This document shows, piece after piece, positions 16,569 to 25,030 of a DNA stretch of 32,000 bases (the first letter of the stretch is position 1; every line of letters starts with the position of its first letter). Origin of the DNA: Mucisphaera calidilacus. Lineage in GTDB: Bacteria > Planctomycetota > Phycisphaerae > Phycisphaerales > Phycisphaeraceae. Position numbers and translations under genes: made by a program. The stretch covers positions 1,230,001 through 1,262,000 of the forward strand of contig NZ_CP036280.1 of NCBI RefSeq assembly GCF_007748075.1, read 5' to 3'. The notes beneath the pieces are model-generated. The model worked only from the letters and a program-made list of their open reading frames with translations, searched no databases and was not told the DNA's origin.

Positions 16569-16584
16569 TTCCGACCACGGAATC
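16567..16584. terminator. Bidirectional terminator-like hairpin between convergent genes: gattccg-acca-cggaatc
   Basis: Perfect 7-bp stem with a 4-nt loop. It starts inside the TGA of the + gene (16566-16568) and ends 10 nt before the histidine kinase stop (16594). No U-tract. Confidence 0.45.
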
Positions 16585-16593
16585 CGGCGAAAC

Positions 16594-17499
16594 TCAGACG
16601 CCCGCTTCATCGACCAACGGTGGAGCGGGTTTTTCGTTGCCGGCGGGCAGGGCGATCACGAATTCGGTTCCGCGACCGATCTCGGAATGGGCCAGAAGTT
16701 GGCCGCCGTGCTCCTCGATCAGCCGCCGGGAGGTGGGCAGGCCGAGGCCGGTGCCCTGTCGTTTGGTGGAGAAGTAGGGCTGGAAGATCCGACCCAGCAC
16801 GTCCTCCGGGATGCCCGGGCCGGTGTCGACAATCCGGATACGCACCTCGTCCTCGAGGCCGGAGCTGGTTCGTTCGGTGTGGAGCAGCAACTCATCGGCC
16901 CCGCCATGCGGCTCGTCCCGGTCACGGGCTGCGGTCATGGCCTGGACGGCGTTGATCATCAGGTTCATCACGGCCTGCTTGAGCAGCCCCGCGTCGGCCT
17001 GAACCCGTCCGGCGTTGTCGGCGAGGTTCATGCGCAGGTGGACGCGGGCCTCGTCGGCCTGAGGCTGGAAGAAGTCGGTCAGTTCCTCGACGAGCGTGTT
17101 GACGTCGACGGCGTCTTTCTCCAGTTTCACACGCCCCGCGAATCGGAGGAAGTCTTCGAGGATCTCACGCAGCCGACGCGTCTCTCGGCCCAGGCCGGCA
17201 AAACGCCTGCGTACCCTTCGCAGGGGCTGGTCGGCGGGGCTGCTCGTATCGATAGCCTGATCGATCTCCGTGAGGTCCTCGTCGATGAGCTGGATGTTCA
17301 GGCCCAGCGTAGAGAGCGGGTTCTTGATCTCGTGCGCGAGACCGCCCGTGAGCATGGTCAATTCGGCCAGGCGCTCGTCACGCACCGCCTGGCGTTCGCG
17401 TTGACGGCGACGTCGGCCACGCTGCCGGAGCCAGAGGGTCAGCCCCGCCGACCCCGCCAGCGCACCGATCATCAAGCCTGTCAGGAAGCCGATCAACAC
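16594..17499 (-). CDS. Membrane-anchored sensor histidine kinase (HisKA + HATPase_c) with no adjacent response regulator
   Basis: GTG start. One N-terminal TM helix (LIGFLTGLMIGALAGSAGLTLWL), H-box LAHEIKNPLSTL, N-box NLMINAVQAM, G1 DTGPGI and G2 GTGLGL. Confidence 0.9.
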   Translation of the reverse strand: MLIGFLTGLMIGALAGSAGLTLWLRQRGRRRRQRERQAVRDERLAELTMLTGGLAHEIKNPLSTLGLNIQLIDEDLTEIDQAIDTSSPADQPLRRVRRRFAGLGRETRRLREILEDFLRFAGRVKLEKDAVDVNTLVEELTDFFQPQADEARVHLRMNLADNAGRVQADAGLLKQAVMNLMINAVQAMTAARDRDEPHGGADELLLHTERTSSGLEDEVRIRIVDTGPGIPEDVLGRIFQPYFSTKRQGTGLGLPTSRRLIEEHGGQLLAHSEIGRGTEFVIALPAGNEKPAPPLVDEAGV

Positions 17500-17545
17500 A
17501 GGTACAGCTTACCGAGCCGTCCCCGCGTCGTGTTCCGGCGCTGAA

Positions 17546-17770
17546 TCAGCTGGGTTGAAGGACCTCGGCTTTGTGCACCTGGCGTGCCTGCAGGCCCTTG
17601 TCGGATTCGATTAATTCGTACTCGACCGCCTCGCCGTCCTTGAGGGAGCGGAAGCCGTCTGACTGGATGTGGGTGTAGTGGACAAACACGTCCTGTCCGG
17701 CAGGGCCGACAATAAAACCAAAGCCCTTCTTGGGATCGAACCACTTCACGCGCCCTTGAATCAATGACAT
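17546..17770 (-). CDS. Cold-shock protein (CspA family, 74 aa)
   Basis: MSLIQGRVKWFDPKKGFGFI (RNP1 KGFGFI) and DVFVHY (RNP2). GGAAGGAG SD upstream of the ATG at 17770. The track ORF start at 17938 is an over-extension. Confidence 0.95.
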   Translation of the reverse strand: MSLIQGRVKWFDPKKGFGFIVGPAGQDVFVHYTHIQSDGFRSLKDGEAVEYELIESDKGLQARQVHKAEVLQPS

Positions 17771-18051
17771 GAGGTACTCCTTCCGAGGCAGCGGATGCGA
17801 CTCCGCACAGAAAAGAAAGAAACGAGATGTGCAGGCCCAGCGATGGAGCTGGCCGGTGAACCCTGATCCGGGCTTCTCAATGGATGGAGTTCGCGTTGTC
17901 AGGCAACGTCCACAACGCCCATCGAGGAGCCTTTCCACAAATTCAGCTGCACCTTAATGCAGCGCAGCAGGTCCTGCACGATCTCAGAAATGACGCAGTT
18001 TGTCCCGACGCTTCAGGACCGCAGGCCTACCAGATGTCAACATACACAAGA
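17771..18051 (-). promoter_or_regulatory. 281-nt pnp-csp intergenic region: candidate pnp terminator plus long structured csp 5' leader
   Basis: Less GC-rich than the flanking genes. Hairpins gctgca-N6-tgcagc (17946-17963, followed on the minus strand by ugaauuugugg) and gcgttgt-N12-acaacgc (17893-17918). Confidence 0.4.
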
Positions 18052-20199
18052 TTACGCCGGAGTGGAAGAGGTTTCTTCCTGCTTTTCTTCCTCGAGCACG
18101 GCCTTGCGTGAGAGCTTAACCCGTCCCTGGTCGTCGATGAGGATGACCTTGACGCGGACCTCATCGCCCACCTTCACGATGTCGGTGACCTGCTTCACGA
18201 AGCCGTCACTCAGTTCGGAGATGTGGCAGAGGCCGTCCTGGCCGGGGATCACCTCGATGAAGGCGCCGAAGTCCTTGATCGCCGCCACGCGGCCGTTGTA
18301 GTAGCTGCCGACCTTGACCTCGGCGGCGATCTTCTCGACCTCTTCGAGGGCGGCTTCGGCCTTGCCGGCACCGACCGCGGCGATGAAAACAGTTCCGTCT
18401 TCTTCGATGGTGAGGGTCGCGCCGGTGTTCTCTTCGAGGGCGCGGATGTTCTTGCCGCCCGGGCCGATCAGCTTGCCGATCTTTTCGGGGTTGATCTTGA
18501 CCGAGAGCATGCGTGGTGCGTGCTCGGAGAGTTCCTTGGGGCCGCTGATCGCGGCGTTCATGGTCTCGAGAATCTTGAGTCGAGCGGCGCGGGCCTTGTC
18601 GAAGGTCGTGCGGATCTGCTCCATGGTCAGGCCGCGGGTCTTGAGGTCGAGCTGGATCGCGGTGATGCCGGTCTCGGTGCCGGTGACCTTGAAGTCCATG
18701 TCGCCGAAGTGGTCTTCCTCGCCCTGGATATCGACGAGGTAGACGTCGTCCTGTCCGGGCTCGTCGGCGCTGATCATGCCGATCGAGATGCCCGCCACGG
18801 GGGCGAGGATGGGGACGCCGGCGTCGAGCAGGGCCAGCGATCCGCCGCAGGCCGAGGCCATGGACGAGGAGCCGTTGGACTCGGTGATGTCGCTGACCAG
18901 GCGGACGGTGTAGGGGAAGTCCTCAACCGGGGGCAGCACGGGCATGAGGGCCTTCTGGGCCAGCATGCCGTGGCCGATCTCGCGCCGGCCCGGTCCGGTG
19001 ATGCGCTTGGCTTCGCCGACCGAGAAGGGCGGGAAGTTGTAGTGCAGGTAGAACTTCTCGGTGTATTCCTCGCCGAGTCCGTCGACGATCTGCTCGTCCT
19101 TGCCGCTGCCGATGACCGCGGTCACCAGAGCCTGGGTCTCGCCACGGGTGAACAGGGCCGAGCCGTGCACGCGGGGGAAGAGGCCGACCTCGCCCTCGAT
19201 CTTGCGCAGGTCTTCGGCCGATCGGCCGTCGGTGCGGGAGCCGCTTCGGATGATCTCGCGGGTGATTTGCTCTTCGAGGTCGTGGATGGCGAACTTCGCC
19301 TCGCCGACCGACTTCTTCCAGGCGTTGTACTCGCCGACGCCGGCCGTCGGGGCCGGTTCGGGGAACTGCTCGGCGAGGAAGTCGGCGACACAGGCCTTGA
19401 CCGCCGCGGCACGTTCGAGCTTGGAGCCTTCGGTGGTCTTGGCGGCCTTGAGCGGGCCGGCCAGGGCATCGACCTTCTGGCGGACCTCGTCGGAGACGGG
19501 CGACGCGAAGTCGACCATCGGCTTGGCGGCCTTCGACTGAAGCTCCTTGATCAGCCCGACGATCTGCTTGATGTAGCCGTGCCCGAACTCGATCGCCTCG
19601 GCCATCTCGGCCTCGGGAATCTGGTCGGAGCCGACCTCGATCATGTTCAGGCCGTCCTCGTGGCCGCACAGGAGCATGTCCAGGTCGGAGTAATCGTTCT
19701 GGGCGGCGGTGGGCATGGCGACCAGCTGGCCGTCGATGCGGGCCACGCGGACGTTGCCGACGGGGCCGTCAAACGGGATGCCGCTGATCGCCAGAGCGGC
19801 GGAGGCGGCGATGCCCGCGAGCACGTCCGGCTCGTTCTGGCCGTCAGCGGCCATCACCCAGCACTGGATCTGGACCTCGTCGATGAAGCCGTGGGGAAAC
19901 AGCGGCCGCAGGGGGCGGTCGATGTTCCGCATGGTCAGGATTTCTTTCTGACTCGGAGCACCCTCACGCTTGCGGAAGCCGCCGGGGAACTTGCCCGCCG
20001 CCGAGAGCTTCTCGCGGTAATCCACGGTCAGGGGGAAGAAGTCGATGCCCTCGCGGGGCGCGGCGTGCACCACGGTGCCGAGGATCACGGTCTCGCCAAA
20101 CTGCACGAGAACGGCGGCCTGTGCCTGTTTTGCGATCTTGCCCGTCTCGATCGAGAGGGTGCGTCCCGCCAGTTCCATCTCAACGCGGTGGAATGCCAT
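18052..20199 (-). CDS. pnp: Polyribonucleotide nucleotidyltransferase (PNPase)
   Basis: MAFHRVEMELAGRTLSIETGKIA, two RNase PH domains (RNIDRPLRPLF, EEDHFGDMDFKV), KH (GKLIGPGGKNIRAL) and S1 (GRVAAIKDFGAFIEV). AAGGA lies about 9 nt upstream of the ATG at 20199. Confidence 0.95.
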   Translation of the reverse strand: MAFHRVEMELAGRTLSIETGKIAKQAQAAVLVQFGETVILGTVVHAAPREGIDFFPLTVDYREKLSAAGKFPGGFRKREGAPSQKEILTMRNIDRPLRPLFPHGFIDEVQIQCWVMAADGQNEPDVLAGIAASAALAISGIPFDGPVGNVRVARIDGQLVAMPTAAQNDYSDLDMLLCGHEDGLNMIEVGSDQIPEAEMAEAIEFGHGYIKQIVGLIKELQSKAAKPMVDFASPVSDEVRQKVDALAGPLKAAKTTEGSKLERAAAVKACVADFLAEQFPEPAPTAGVGEYNAWKKSVGEAKFAIHDLEEQITREIIRSGSRTDGRSAEDLRKIEGEVGLFPRVHGSALFTRGETQALVTAVIGSGKDEQIVDGLGEEYTEKFYLHYNFPPFSVGEAKRITGPGRREIGHGMLAQKALMPVLPPVEDFPYTVRLVSDITESNGSSSMASACGGSLALLDAGVPILAPVAGISIGMISADEPGQDDVYLVDIQGEEDHFGDMDFKVTGTETGITAIQLDLKTRGLTMEQIRTTFDKARAARLKILETMNAAISGPKELSEHAPRMLSVKINPEKIGKLIGPGGKNIRALEENTGATLTIEEDGTVFIAAVGAGKAEAALEEVEKIAAEVKVGSYYNGRVAAIKDFGAFIEVIPGQDGLCHISELSDGFVKQVTDIVKVGDEVRVKVILIDDQGRVKLSRKAVLEEEKQEETSSTPA

Positions 20200-20233
20200 G
20201 GTCTTACTGTCCTTTCGCGACCCCAAATCAACA

Positions 20234-20279
20234 ATCCGTCAGGAGCACCGGCGAACGGTGCGGGGCGTACCTGACGGAT
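20234..20279 (-). promoter_or_regulatory. Long two-tier hairpin in the pnp 5' leader
   Basis: Outer perfect 10-bp stem atccgtcagg/cctgacggat (20234-20243 / 20270-20279). Inner perfect 6-bp stem gcaccg/cggtgc with a 5-nt loop. It lies 35-80 nt upstream of the pnp ATG. Confidence 0.5.
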
Positions 20280-20378
20280 CGGGTCGTTAAGCAAACAGAA
20301 GACAGAAGGCTGGAGGCACGGAAGCCCGGATCGGCGCAGGGGAGCGTCAGTGCCGCGAGCCGCCTGCCGTCTGCACCC

Positions 20379-20397
20379 GACCGGGAACAACCCGGCC
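20379..20397 (-). terminator. Hairpin just after rpsO (possible leaky terminator)
   Basis: Minus-strand RNA ggccggg-uuguu-cccgguc forms 7 bp including one G-U, starting 26 nt after the rpsO stop. No U-tract. Confidence 0.3.
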
Positions 20398-20423
20398 AGA
20401 CGACCCGACAAGCAGTACGCGTC

Positions 20424-20693
20424 TCAGCGACGCAGGCCCAGACGACCGATCAGCTCGCGGTAGGCCGGAGCGTCGGTGCGGGCGAGATAGCGGAGCAGAC
20501 GCGTCCGCCTGGAAACCATCTGGAGCAGACCACGGCGTGAGGCGTAGTCGTGCTTGTGAGACTTGAGATGCTCGGTCAGGCCTTTGATGCGATCGGTGAG
20601 GATCGCCACCTGAACCTGAGGTGAGCCGGTATCCTTTTCCTCACGCCGGTAGTCGGCGATCAATTCGGAGCGGCGTTCTGCGGTAATCGTCAT
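20424..20693 (-). CDS. rpsO: 30S ribosomal protein S15
   Basis: 89 aa: [70 protein letters not shown], a full-length S15 pattern. Confidence 0.97.
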   Translation of the reverse strand: MTITAERRSELIADYRREEKDTGSPQVQVAILTDRIKGLTEHLKSHKHDYASRRGLLQMVSRRTRLLRYLARTDAPAYRELIGRLGLRR

Positions 20694-20836
20694 CCGTTTT
20701 AACCCTTGGCTGGGCCTTGTCTAAGGTGTGCTGGCCCGTGTGTGCACCTGTCAAGTAGAGCCACACAATATAACGCACGCAGCGGGGGGCTTCAAGTCGA
20801 TCCCAGCACGCTCGCCGGGCCTGCTAGGATGGGCGG

Positions 20837-22162
20837 ATGAGCACAGCAACCGACCTCAACGTTGCCTCCAGGCGGGCCGCATCCGCCTCGGCCTTCGCCC
20901 GGGCACAGGACCTTATGCCGGGCGGCGTCTCCTCGCCGGTCCGGGCTTACAAGGCGGTTGGCGGCGACCCCGTCTACATCCGCAGCGGCAAGGGGGCCGT
21001 CGTCACCGACCTGGACGGGCTGGAGTACGTCGACTACGTCGGCTCCTACGGCCCGCTGATCCTGGGCCACGCTCCCGACACGGTCCTCGCGGCCCTCTCC
21101 AAGGCAGCGGCCCGGGGTACCACTTTCGGCATGCCGACCGAGGCCGAGTCCACGCTGGCCGCGATGGTGATCGACGCCGTCCCCTCGGTCGAGATGGTGC
21201 GTTTTGTCAACTCCGGCACCGAAGCCGCGATGTCGGCCATCCGCCTGGCCCGAGCCGCGACCGGACGCCCCGCCATCGTCAAGTGCACCGGCTGCTATCA
21301 CGGCCACAGCGACGCGCTGCTCGTCGAGGCCGGGTCGGGTGCCCTGACGCTCGGCCAGCCCAGTTCGCCGGGTGTGCCGAAGGACATTACTCAGAACACT
21401 TTGCTGGTCCCCTTCAATGATCTGGAAGCGGCCCGCGCGGTATTCGAGGCCCACCCGGATCAGATCGCGGCCTTCGCCGTCGAGCCTGTCGGCGGCAACA
21501 TGGGCTGCGTGCCCCCGGTCGAGGGGTATCTGGAAGGGCTGCGGTCGCTCTGCGATGAGTTCGGGGCGATGTTGCTCTTCGACGAGGTGATGACCGGGTT
21601 CCGGGTCGCCCGAGGTGGAGCCCAGGAGCTGTACGCCGTCACCCCCGATCTGACCTGTCTCGGAAAGGTCATCGGCGGCGGGCTGCCCTGTGCCGCCTAT
21701 GGCGGCCGTCGTGATCTGATGGAGCAGGTGGCGCCCGCGGGGCCGATGTACCAGGCCGGCACGCTTTCGGGCAATCCTCTGGCCATGGCCGCGGGCATCG
21801 CCACGCTGGCCGAGCTTGAGAACCCCGACCTCTACGGGCAGCTCGAGAGCACCACGCGACAACTCGCCGAGGGGCTTGCTACCCGAGCGGAAAGGGCTGG
21901 CGTGCCCGTGCAGATCGCTCGGGTCGGGTCGATGCTCTGTGTCTTCTTCGCCGAGAGCCCGGTGCTCAGCTACGAGCAGGCCGTCCGCTGCCGGACCGAT
22001 CGTTTTGCCGCCTTCTTCAACGCCATGCTCGAGCGTGGCGTCATCCTGCCGCCGAGCCAGTACGAATGCTGGTTCATCTCCGCCGCACACGATGGCGAGC
22101 TGATCAAGCAGACGCTTCAGGCGGCCGAGCACGGGTTTGCCGCCGCCGTGGAGATCGCGTAA
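20837..22162 (+). CDS. hemL: Glutamate-1-semialdehyde 2,1-aminomutase
   Basis: LMPGGVSSPVRAYKAVGG, YVGSYGPLILGH, DEVMTGFR and the PLP-lysine context LGKVIGGGLP; 441 aa. Confidence 0.95.
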   Translation: MSTATDLNVASRRAASASAFARAQDLMPGGVSSPVRAYKAVGGDPVYIRSGKGAVVTDLDGLEYVDYVGSYGPLILGHAPDTVLAALSKAAARGTTFGMPTEAESTLAAMVIDAVPSVEMVRFVNSGTEAAMSAIRLARAATGRPAIVKCTGCYHGHSDALLVEAGSGALTLGQPSSPGVPKDITQNTLLVPFNDLEAARAVFEAHPDQIAAFAVEPVGGNMGCVPPVEGYLEGLRSLCDEFGAMLLFDEVMTGFRVARGGAQELYAVTPDLTCLGKVIGGGLPCAAYGGRRDLMEQVAPAGPMYQAGTLSGNPLAMAAGIATLAELENPDLYGQLESTTRQLAEGLATRAERAGVPVQIARVGSMLCVFFAESPVLSYEQAVRCRTDRFAAFFNAMLERGVILPPSQYECWFISAAHDGELIKQTLQAAEHGFAAAVEIA

Positions 22163-22219
22163 ACCACCTTCCCCTCGGGATAACACCCGATCGAGACATC
22201 CACCGCTGGAGTTCCCACC

Positions 22220-23887
22220 GTGAGCACGGCCACGAAGACGTTTTCCATCCTCGCAGCAGACAAACTCGCCAAGGAGGGCCTGGACTGGATCGAGTCTCAG
22301 CCCGACGCGACGCTGGCCGATCACGCCGGCATCGACGAGAAGCAACTCGCCGAGATCATCGGGCAGCACGACGCGGTCATCGTCCGATCCGGGGTCAATA
22401 TCACGGCTGAGGTGCTCCGGAATCCGGGGAGTCTCAAGGTGATCGCACGTGCGGGTGTGGGTGTCGACAACATCGACCTCGCCGCGGCCACGGAGAAGGG
22501 CATCCTCGTCGTCAACACCGCCGAGGCTTCGACGCTCACGACCGCCGAGCACGCGTTCGCGCTGCTGCTCGCGACCGCGCGTCAGATCGGCCCCGCCTGC
22601 AAGACGCTCGCGGCCGGCGGGTGGGACCGCAGCAAGTTCAAGGGGCGACAACTCGCCGGCAAGACGCTGGGGGTGGTCGGCTTCGGGCGCATCGGCCAGG
22701 CCGTTGCCGAGCGTGCCCTCGCCTTCGAGATGGACGTGCTCGCCTTCGACCCTTTTCTCAACGCCGAGACCGCCATGGACGGCCGGGTCAAGGTCATCCG
22801 CGACTTCAAGGACCTGGTGCCGAAGGTCGACATGATCACCTTCCACGTCCCGCTCAACGACCATACCCGGGGGATGCTCAACCTCGAGGTGATGAAGACC
22901 GCACGCCCGCACCTGATCGTGATCAACGCGGCTCGCGGCGGCGTGGTGGACGAGAACGACCTGGTCACCGCGCTCGACGAGGGCATCATCGCCGCGGCCG
23001 GTTTCGACGTCTTTACAACCGAGCCGCCGGCTGCCGACCATCCCCTGCGCGATCACCCCAAGGCACTGGTGACGCCGCACCTGGGCGCTTCGACCGTTGA
23101 GGCCCAGCAGGCCGTCTCGATCGACGCGGCCAAGTCGGCGCTCGCCTACCTGCGTGGCGAAGGGATCAAGGGTGCGGTCAACGCCGGCGGGATTCGTGTT
23201 GATCTATCGCCGATTCAGGCCGCTTATGCCGACCTGATCGACCGCATGGCCAGTCTCATCGGGCCGATGATCACCCGCGGGATCTGCAACGTCACGCTTG
23301 AGCTGCGAGGCAGTGAACTGACCTCCGCCGCCTCGACGCTCGAACGCACCGCGCTGACCCGGCTGCTTGGTGACCGCCTCGATTCGCCGGTGAACCTGAT
23401 CAACGTGAGCGCTCTTGCGCGTGACCGCAGCATCACCTGCAAGACGGTTACCAGCGAGGTCGACACACCCGGGGGCACGCAGGCCACGCTGGTGGTCGAA
23501 GGCCCCCGTGACGCGGTGGACACGGCCACGCACCCCGACGATCTCACACGGCGGATCGTCGGCCGGGTCTATGACGACCTGCGGCCTCGCGTTGTGGAGA
23601 TCAATGGCTACCACATGGACATGATCCCGCGTGGCGACATGATCCTGCTCCAGAACGAGGACCGTCCGGGCATGATCGGCATGGTGGGTTCGGTCATGGG
23701 CGAGGCGGGCATCAACATCGCCGACATGACAATCTCACGTCGCGCTTCGAGCGAAGGCAACGTGACGGCTCTGATGCTGTTGAAGGTCGATGCGGCGCCC
23801 GAGCCGAAGGTCCTCGAACAGGTCAGCACCTGCGCGGGCATCCTGAAGGCCGCGGCGGTCAAGCTGCCCTCGATCACGGCGGGATGA
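22220..23887 (+). CDS. serA: D-3-phosphoglycerate dehydrogenase (long form with ASB and ACT domains)
   Basis: GTG start. NAD-binding site VVGFGRIGQAVA, catalytic region NAARGGVVDE..TPHLGAST, and C-terminal ACT domain MILLQNEDRPGMIGMVGSVMGEAGINIADM. Confidence 0.95.
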   Translation: MSTATKTFSILAADKLAKEGLDWIESQPDATLADHAGIDEKQLAEIIGQHDAVIVRSGVNITAEVLRNPGSLKVIARAGVGVDNIDLAAATEKGILVVNTAEASTLTTAEHAFALLLATARQIGPACKTLAAGGWDRSKFKGRQLAGKTLGVVGFGRIGQAVAERALAFEMDVLAFDPFLNAETAMDGRVKVIRDFKDLVPKVDMITFHVPLNDHTRGMLNLEVMKTARPHLIVINAARGGVVDENDLVTALDEGIIAAAGFDVFTTEPPAADHPLRDHPKALVTPHLGASTVEAQQAVSIDAAKSALAYLRGEGIKGAVNAGGIRVDLSPIQAAYADLIDRMASLIGPMITRGICNVTLELRGSELTSAASTLERTALTRLLGDRLDSPVNLINVSALARDRSITCKTVTSEVDTPGGTQATLVVEGPRDAVDTATHPDDLTRRIVGRVYDDLRPRVVEINGYHMDMIPRGDMILLQNEDRPGMIGMVGSVMGEAGINIADMTISRRASSEGNVTALMLLKVDAAPEPKVLEQVSTCAGILKAAAVKLPSITAG

Positions 23888-24382
23888 TCACGCCTCGGAC
23901 CCGGTCTCGGTGATCCGGACCGGCTTGGACTTGCTGGTCAGGACCGGGATGCTCTCGCCGAGGAGTTCGAGCTTGTGCTTCATCGCTGAGCTCATCGTCT
24001 CGAGCGTCGTGCGAACAAGGTATTCCTTGAGCTGATTGCGGATCGGTTTCCACTCGTCGTGCTGCGGGCAGGGCTGGTGATCATCGCAGCGGTGCATGCC
24101 GACGACGCAGGCGTTGAGGTTCTCGATGCCGTCGATGACCTCGACGATGTCATAGAGACTGATCTGATCGGGCTTGCGTGCCAGCGCAAAGCCGCCGCCA
24201 CGCCCCTTCGCGGAGGTCAGCAGGCCCTTGCGCACGAGGTCTTGGAAGATCTTCGCGACGAAGTGACGCGGGAGGTCCGAGCCCTCGCACAGCTCGTCGA
24301 GCAGCACGTAGCCGTCGGGACGGAGCATCGCCAGACGGCTCATGGCTCGGATCGCGTAGGCGCAGGCGTTGGAGTAGATCAT
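23888..24382 (-). CDS. Rrf2-family transcriptional regulator with a three-Cys cluster (IscR/NsrR-like, probable Fe-S ligand set)
   Basis: MIYSNACAYAIRAMSRLA, the wHTH region, SAKGRGGGFALARKP, and a C-x6-C-x5-C cluster (CVVGMHRCDDHQPC). Confidence 0.9.
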   Translation of the reverse strand: MIYSNACAYAIRAMSRLAMLRPDGYVLLDELCEGSDLPRHFVAKIFQDLVRKGLLTSAKGRGGGFALARKPDQISLYDIVEVIDGIENLNACVVGMHRCDDHQPCPQHDEWKPIRNQLKEYLVRTTLETMSSAMKHKLELLGESIPVLTSKSKPVRITETGSEA

Positions 24383-24521
24383 CAGGGAGTCCTTTCACTG
24401 TCGTCGTGATGCTGAAGGCTGAGGTCGGCAGGCGCGGTCCTTCGCACACAGCCTCTTACGACGGACGCGACTGAACAAATATACAGGATCTTGAGAGTGG
24501 ATGACCCCGTATCTGTCGGGA

Positions 24522-24540
24522 ACGGCCGAACCCCGGCCGT
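24522..24540 (-). terminator. Hairpin after the pilin-like gene: acggccg-aaccc-cggccgt
   Basis: Perfect 7-bp GC-rich stem with a 5-nt loop, 17 nt downstream of the stop at 24557. No U-tract. Confidence 0.35.
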
Positions 24541-24556
24541 GACAATCCCGGTAACT

Positions 24557-24988
24557 CTATCGGTTGATCTTATGGTAGAGCCGTTGAGTCTCTAGGGGTT
24601 TTCCCTGATCCGGGACAAAAGCACGGAAATTGCCGTTGGATGGGTTGTACCAGTAAGCGGCGGGGCCGCTGAGTCGGACGTCAAACGGGTCCTGCTCGCC
24701 GAGGCCGCCATACTCAATAAGAGCGTTGTTCACTTTGGGGCGGTAAGGCGTCATCATCTTCCCCTGCGGGAACCAGGCCGCCTCGATCTCGCTCGGGTAG
24801 CGGCCGTGCGTCTGCCAGTGAGCGATGATTGCCGCCTGGACCTCTTCCACGATTTCCGCTGCGGCATCCGCCTCACGATCGACCGACGCCACGCCGTACT
24901 GCGGCACGACGATCAGGCTCAGGAGGGCAAGGATGACGATCGCAACCAGCAGTTCCGAGAAGGCCAGACCCTGATGGGTTGAACGCAT
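24557..24988 (-). CDS. Prepilin-type N-terminal cleavage/methylation domain protein (type IV pilin or T2SS pseudopilin-like, 143 aa)
   Basis: MRSTHQG/LAFSELLVAIVILALLSLIVVP shows a short basic leader, Gly at -1, Glu at +5 and a hydrophobic helix. AGGAG lies 9 nt upstream of the ATG at 24988. Confidence 0.8.
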   Translation of the reverse strand: MRSTHQGLAFSELLVAIVILALLSLIVVPQYGVASVDREADAAAEIVEEVQAAIIAHWQTHGRYPSEIEAAWFPQGKMMTPYRPKVNNALIEYGGLGEQDPFDVRLSGPAAYWYNPSNGNFRAFVPDQGKPLETQRLYHKINR

Positions 24989-25002
24989 AGTGCTCGACTC
25001 CT

Positions 25003-25030
25003 GTCTTGAGGGTTGATGGGCCCTCAAGAC
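25003..25030 (-). promoter_or_regulatory. Perfect 10-bp hairpin abutting the SD of the pilin-like gene
   Basis: gtcttgaggg (25003-25012) and ccctcaagac (25021-25030) with an 8-nt loop. The mRNA reads hairpin-AGGAG-N9-AUG. Confidence 0.5.

Noticed and set aside
16432-17544. 370-aa + strand ORF opposite the histidine kinase
   Set aside because: Shadow ORF. The minus strand has a complete set of H, N, G1 and G2 boxes.
18223-20274. 683-aa + strand ORF opposite pnp
   Set aside because: Gly/Asp/Leu/Val-rich antisense shadow of PNPase.
20751-20776. TTGACA on the minus strand and an AT-rich cacaatataac patch between rpsO and hemL, considered as promoters
   Set aside because: No acceptable -10 lies at 16-18 nt from the TTGACA. 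On the + strand the spacing from tgtcaa to tataac is 14 nt. I could not assemble a convincing promoter in either direction.
22175-22190. Small hairpin tcggg-ataaca-cccga between hemL and serA
   Set aside because: Only a 5-bp stem with no U-tract, too weak to call a terminator. hemL and serA may be co-transcribed.
20837-22234. hemL and serA both begin with MSTAT and have similar first 16 nt
   Set aside because: The similarity ends after five codons and the proteins are unrelated. Treated as coincidence.
20792-23080. 762-aa minus-strand ORF opposite hemL and serA
   Set aside because: It spans two unambiguous + strand genes and their intergenic spacer. Composition is Arg/Gly/Asp/His-rich with no motifs.
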